Positions 61,950-64,000 of a stretch of DNA of 64,000 bases are shown one piece after another. Source of the stretch: a virus; the IMG/VR virus record IMGVR_UViG_3300043571_000425; one strand, 5' to 3'. How positions within the stretch are numbered: the first letter of the stretch is position 1; every line of letters begins with the position of its first letter. Below the pieces are notes generated by a model. That model did not search any database and had not been told where the DNA came from. It saw nothing but the letters and a program-made list of their open reading frames with translations. The position numbers and the translations under genes were made by a program.

Positions 61950-62193
61950 TTTCCTGACTTTGACTTTGATCTTGACTTTGATCTTGGCTTTGATTCCACG
62001 CTCTCCAAACGTTTCTTTGCCCCCTTTCTGTTCTTTCTCCGCATAAATCATTGTTGATTGTTACGGCTGCTTGTTTAGCTAAGGATCGTGAAACTCCTTT
62101 GCTTTCCAGCATTTCTTGAAAAAGCTTTGTTCTTGTCTTTTCCACTGATGTCTGCCTCATGTCTGGTATGTACCCAATATAAAGCCACCTCAA
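61942..62193 (-). CDS. hypothetical protein with (QSQD)n tail
   Basis: 83 aa and the first gene of the long minus-strand operon. The C-terminus is encoded by the 12-bp tandem repeat. Confidence 0.45.
   Translation of the reverse strand: MRWLYIGYIPDMRQTSVEKTRTKLFQEMLESKGVSRSLAKQAAVTINNDLCGERTERGQRNVWRAWNQSQDQSQDQSQSQEND
61956..61997. repeat. 12-bp tandem repeat (about 3.5 units)
   Basis: GACTTT-GACTTTGATCTT-GACTTTGATCTT-GGCTTTGATTCC. Confidence 0.85.
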
Positions 62194-62235
62194 AAGGGTG
62201 GCTATAGGTTTACCTACATTTGTCGGTTCTTCTAT

Positions 62236-62469
62236 TCAAATTGCCTTATTTAAAATAGCGATCGCCCAGTCAGGACAATCTCTCTCAAACCATTTTTCTA
62301 TAGTTTTTCTGGCAGGTGGTTGAACACCAGCGTCATTATAAAATTTCTCTAATTCATAATAAATAGTTTGGATACATCTCGAAACGTACCCATGCTCTCC
62401 AGGATAGATACGTGCATCTTTCATAAGTTTGTCGGCGATCGCTTGGATTCTTGTAGTGGTTTGTGCCAT
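62236..62469 (-). CDS. small regulator-like protein
   Basis: Trimmed to ATG 62469 (MAQTTTRIQAIADKL), which has AGGAG about 10 nt upstream. 77 aa. Confidence 0.45.
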   Translation of the reverse strand: MAQTTTRIQAIADKLMKDARIYPGEHGYVSRCIQTIYYELEKFYNDAGVQPPARKTIEKWFERDCPDWAIAILNKAI

Positions 62470-62511
62470 GATTAGTTTACTCCTAGCAGGTAATAGCTGT
62501 TTGGGGTGAAT

Positions 62512-62552
62512 ATCCCCCAATCCGACGCAACCGGAGAGGGGGATTATTTTTT
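62512..62552 (+). terminator. strong plus-strand hairpin plus U-tract in the leader of the 62587 operon
   Basis: ATCCCCC (62512-62518) AA TCCG (62521-62524) ... CGGA (62532-62535) GA GGGGGAT (62538-62544), followed by TATTTTTT (62545-62552). Confidence 0.5.
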
Positions 62553-62586
62553 CAGTGTACATCATTCCCGCTAAATCTGTGCTAAC

Positions 62587-62988
62587 TTGATGGGACAATC
62601 TACAAATAATTTTATGGTGGAACGCAAAAAACCGCAGACAAAGCAAGAGCTAGAAGCCGATTCAGTCAATCACCCAGAACGGGGTAAAGTTGACGGAAAA
62701 CCAGTTGTAAGCGATGCACCCCGCGAACTTAGAGGGTGCGTACCAGCCGAACTCAAAAGAAAATTCCTCAGAGTTATTGCCTGTTATGGGCTTGATAATT
62801 CTGCTGGGGTGCAACAAGCGCTCACACTCTATTGGAACGAAAACAGAGAAGCGGTAGAATCTCACGAACGGCAAAAGTCTGAAGAGTTGGGAATTTCTGT
62901 TGCAGAAGTTCAGAAAAAAAGTTATGGACATTCCAAAGCTCGGAGTAGGCAGAAAAAATTAAATTTAATGGGTGGTGACAATGAGTAA
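62587..62988 (+). CDS. hypothetical regulator-like protein
   Basis: 133-aa track ORF (TTG start), with alternative ATG starts at 62590 or 62614. VPAELKRKFLRVIACYGLDNSAGVQQALTLYW is RHH- or Arc-like. Confidence 0.4.
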   Translation: MMGQSTNNFMVERKKPQTKQELEADSVNHPERGKVDGKPVVSDAPRELRGCVPAELKRKFLRVIACYGLDNSAGVQQALTLYWNENREAVESHERQKSEELGISVAEVQKKSYGHSKARSRQKKLNLMGGDNE

Positions 62989-63496
62989 AATTCTATTTTT
63001 GGACTTAGATGGTACTGTCCGCAAAAGTAAATCTGGCGCGACTTTCATTAATGATCCCTATGACCAAGAATTGATTGATGGGGTGGAAGATGCGATCGCT
63101 CGCTACCACGACTACAAAATAATTGGGGTTACTAATCAAGGTGGCGTAATTGCTGGACATAAATCGCTGGAGAACTGTTTTGAGGAACAACGCCAAACCC
63201 TGAAACTGTTACCCCAAATGAGTTTGTTGTTATTTTGCACGGATAACGGTGATACCATGTTTCGACTCTCACAAAGAGCATTAGAAATGCACGGTATGCC
63301 GATTATGACTAATCGTTCTAATCATTTTGGCAACTTCAGAAAACCCAACTCAGGAATGATTGTTTTTGGTATGAAATATTCCAGGGAAAAGCTGGAGGAA
63401 GTTTTGATGGTGGGAGATAGATCCGAAGATCAAGAATGTGCTGCTAATGCGAATATTCCATTTATGTGGGCGGAGGACTGGAGAAATGGTAAATAA
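62981..63496 (+). CDS. HAD-IIIA family phosphatase (GmhB / polynucleotide 3'-phosphatase-like)
   Basis: Motif I is FLDLDGTV, motif II IIGVTNQGG, motif III FRKPNSGM and motif IV MVGDRSEDQECAANA. ATG 62981 overlaps the preceding stop (ATGAGTAA). Confidence 0.8.
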   Translation: MSKILFLDLDGTVRKSKSGATFINDPYDQELIDGVEDAIARYHDYKIIGVTNQGGVIAGHKSLENCFEEQRQTLKLLPQMSLLLFCTDNGDTMFRLSQRALEMHGMPIMTNRSNHFGNFRKPNSGMIVFGMKYSREKLEEVLMVGDRSEDQECAANANIPFMWAEDWRNGK

Positions 63497-64000
63497 CCAA
63501 CCCGAAGGATATCCCCAGCGATGGGTGTGGGCTGCTTGCGCTCACATCTACGGCGACCCGATAAGCGATCGCACTTGGAGAAAGTACAAGGATATATGCC
63601 AAGTCCCTGATTTTCGCAAGCTTAAAAAAGGAGAAGAACCGGTTATCAGCAAAACTCATTGTCAATGGCTGATGATGTTGGCTTATATTCGGTTTGAGCA
63701 GAAACGGGAGAACGGAACTAAAAGACCAATGGGATGCAAAACTGGTGTGACCATTCAACAAATTATCAAACGGTTAAACTCAAGTCCTGTTTTAAAAACT
63801 GAACTTGATAAGGCATTAGGTGATGCTGTAATTATTGATGGCATTAAAGGTTCGGAAGTACCAACATGGTTAGGTCGTCAAATCGGCAAGTCTCCAACAA
63901 TTAAAACTCTCAGGCGTTGGGCAAAAAAGCACAATCTGAAGTTCTCAACTCATCTGCCTGTTCCGGTAGAAACGTTAGATACATTTTTGCGAATAGCGTG
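63486..64000 (+). CDS. hypothetical protein, N-terminal part (3' end outside window)
   Basis: ATG 63486 overlaps the HAD gene stop (ATGGTAAATAA). The frame stays open for 171 codons to the window edge (MVNNQPEGYPQRWVWAACAHIYGDPISDRTWRKYKD...). It is absent from the ORF track because no stop is reached. Confidence 0.6.
   Translation, partial: MVNNQPEGYPQRWVWAACAHIYGDPISDRTWRKYKDICQVPDFRKLKKGEEPVISKTHCQWLMMLAYIRFEQKRENGTKRPMGCKTGVTIQQIIKRLNSSPVLKTELDKALGDAVIIDGIKGSEVPTWLGRQIGKSPTIKTLRRWAKKHNLKFSTHLPVPVETLDTFLRIA

Noticed and set aside
1-64000. Integrated prophage with att sites or an integrase
   Set aside because: No integrase, recombinase or excisionase gene and no flanking host genes are visible in this window. 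Repressor-like (XRE), Rha, KilA-N and antirepressor-like genes are present, but the lifestyle cannot be decided from this sequence.

Overview
The window reads as about 64 kb of a siphovirus-type cyanophage or prophage genome. Evidence for the cyanobacterial context is the strong over-representation of the HIP1 octamer GCGATCGC and a CRISPR repeat of cyanobacterial style.

The ordinary phage content is:
- A head module: portal-like, scaffold-like and capsid-like genes.
- TerL with an adjacent HNH gene.
- A DNA-modification and nucleotide block: two methyltransferases, a ParB-like protein, a Mom-like protein, dCTP deaminase, a DUF3310 protein and a divergent ThyX.
- A sigma factor.
- A tail module ending in a 4118-aa tape measure protein.
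- Several regulator genes (XRE, Rha, KilA-N, RHH).

Two CRISPR-related systems stand out:
1. A translationally coupled operon at 24351-28155. It looks like a type IV-B Csf effector module: a cas11-like gene, Cas7/Csf2, Cas5/Csf3, a CysH-like PAPS reductase and a Cys-rich Csf1-like protein. It has no array, cas6, dinG or adaptation genes.
2. A 622-aa TnpB-like Cas12 protein with an intact RuvC D-E-D triad and a zinc ribbon (37258-39126). It is followed by a 350-nt non-coding stretch carrying a clear anti-repeat, which suggests a tracrRNA. Next comes a CRISPR array of 14 identical 37-nt repeats (39476-40433) that ends 44 nt before the tape measure start codon.

Other notable points:
- A Mom-like gene is broken at a G10 homopolymer, and 88 further codons are open in the -1 frame.
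- A non-canonical tRNA is present.
- Several duplicated promoter/leader modules occur.
- A long coupled minus-strand operon encodes small membrane proteins plus a membrane-anchored FtsK/VirD4-like ATPase fused to a PD-(D/E)XK-like domain.

All functional calls rest on motifs read by eye and on gene order. No database search was possible, so family assignments are hypotheses with the stated confidence.
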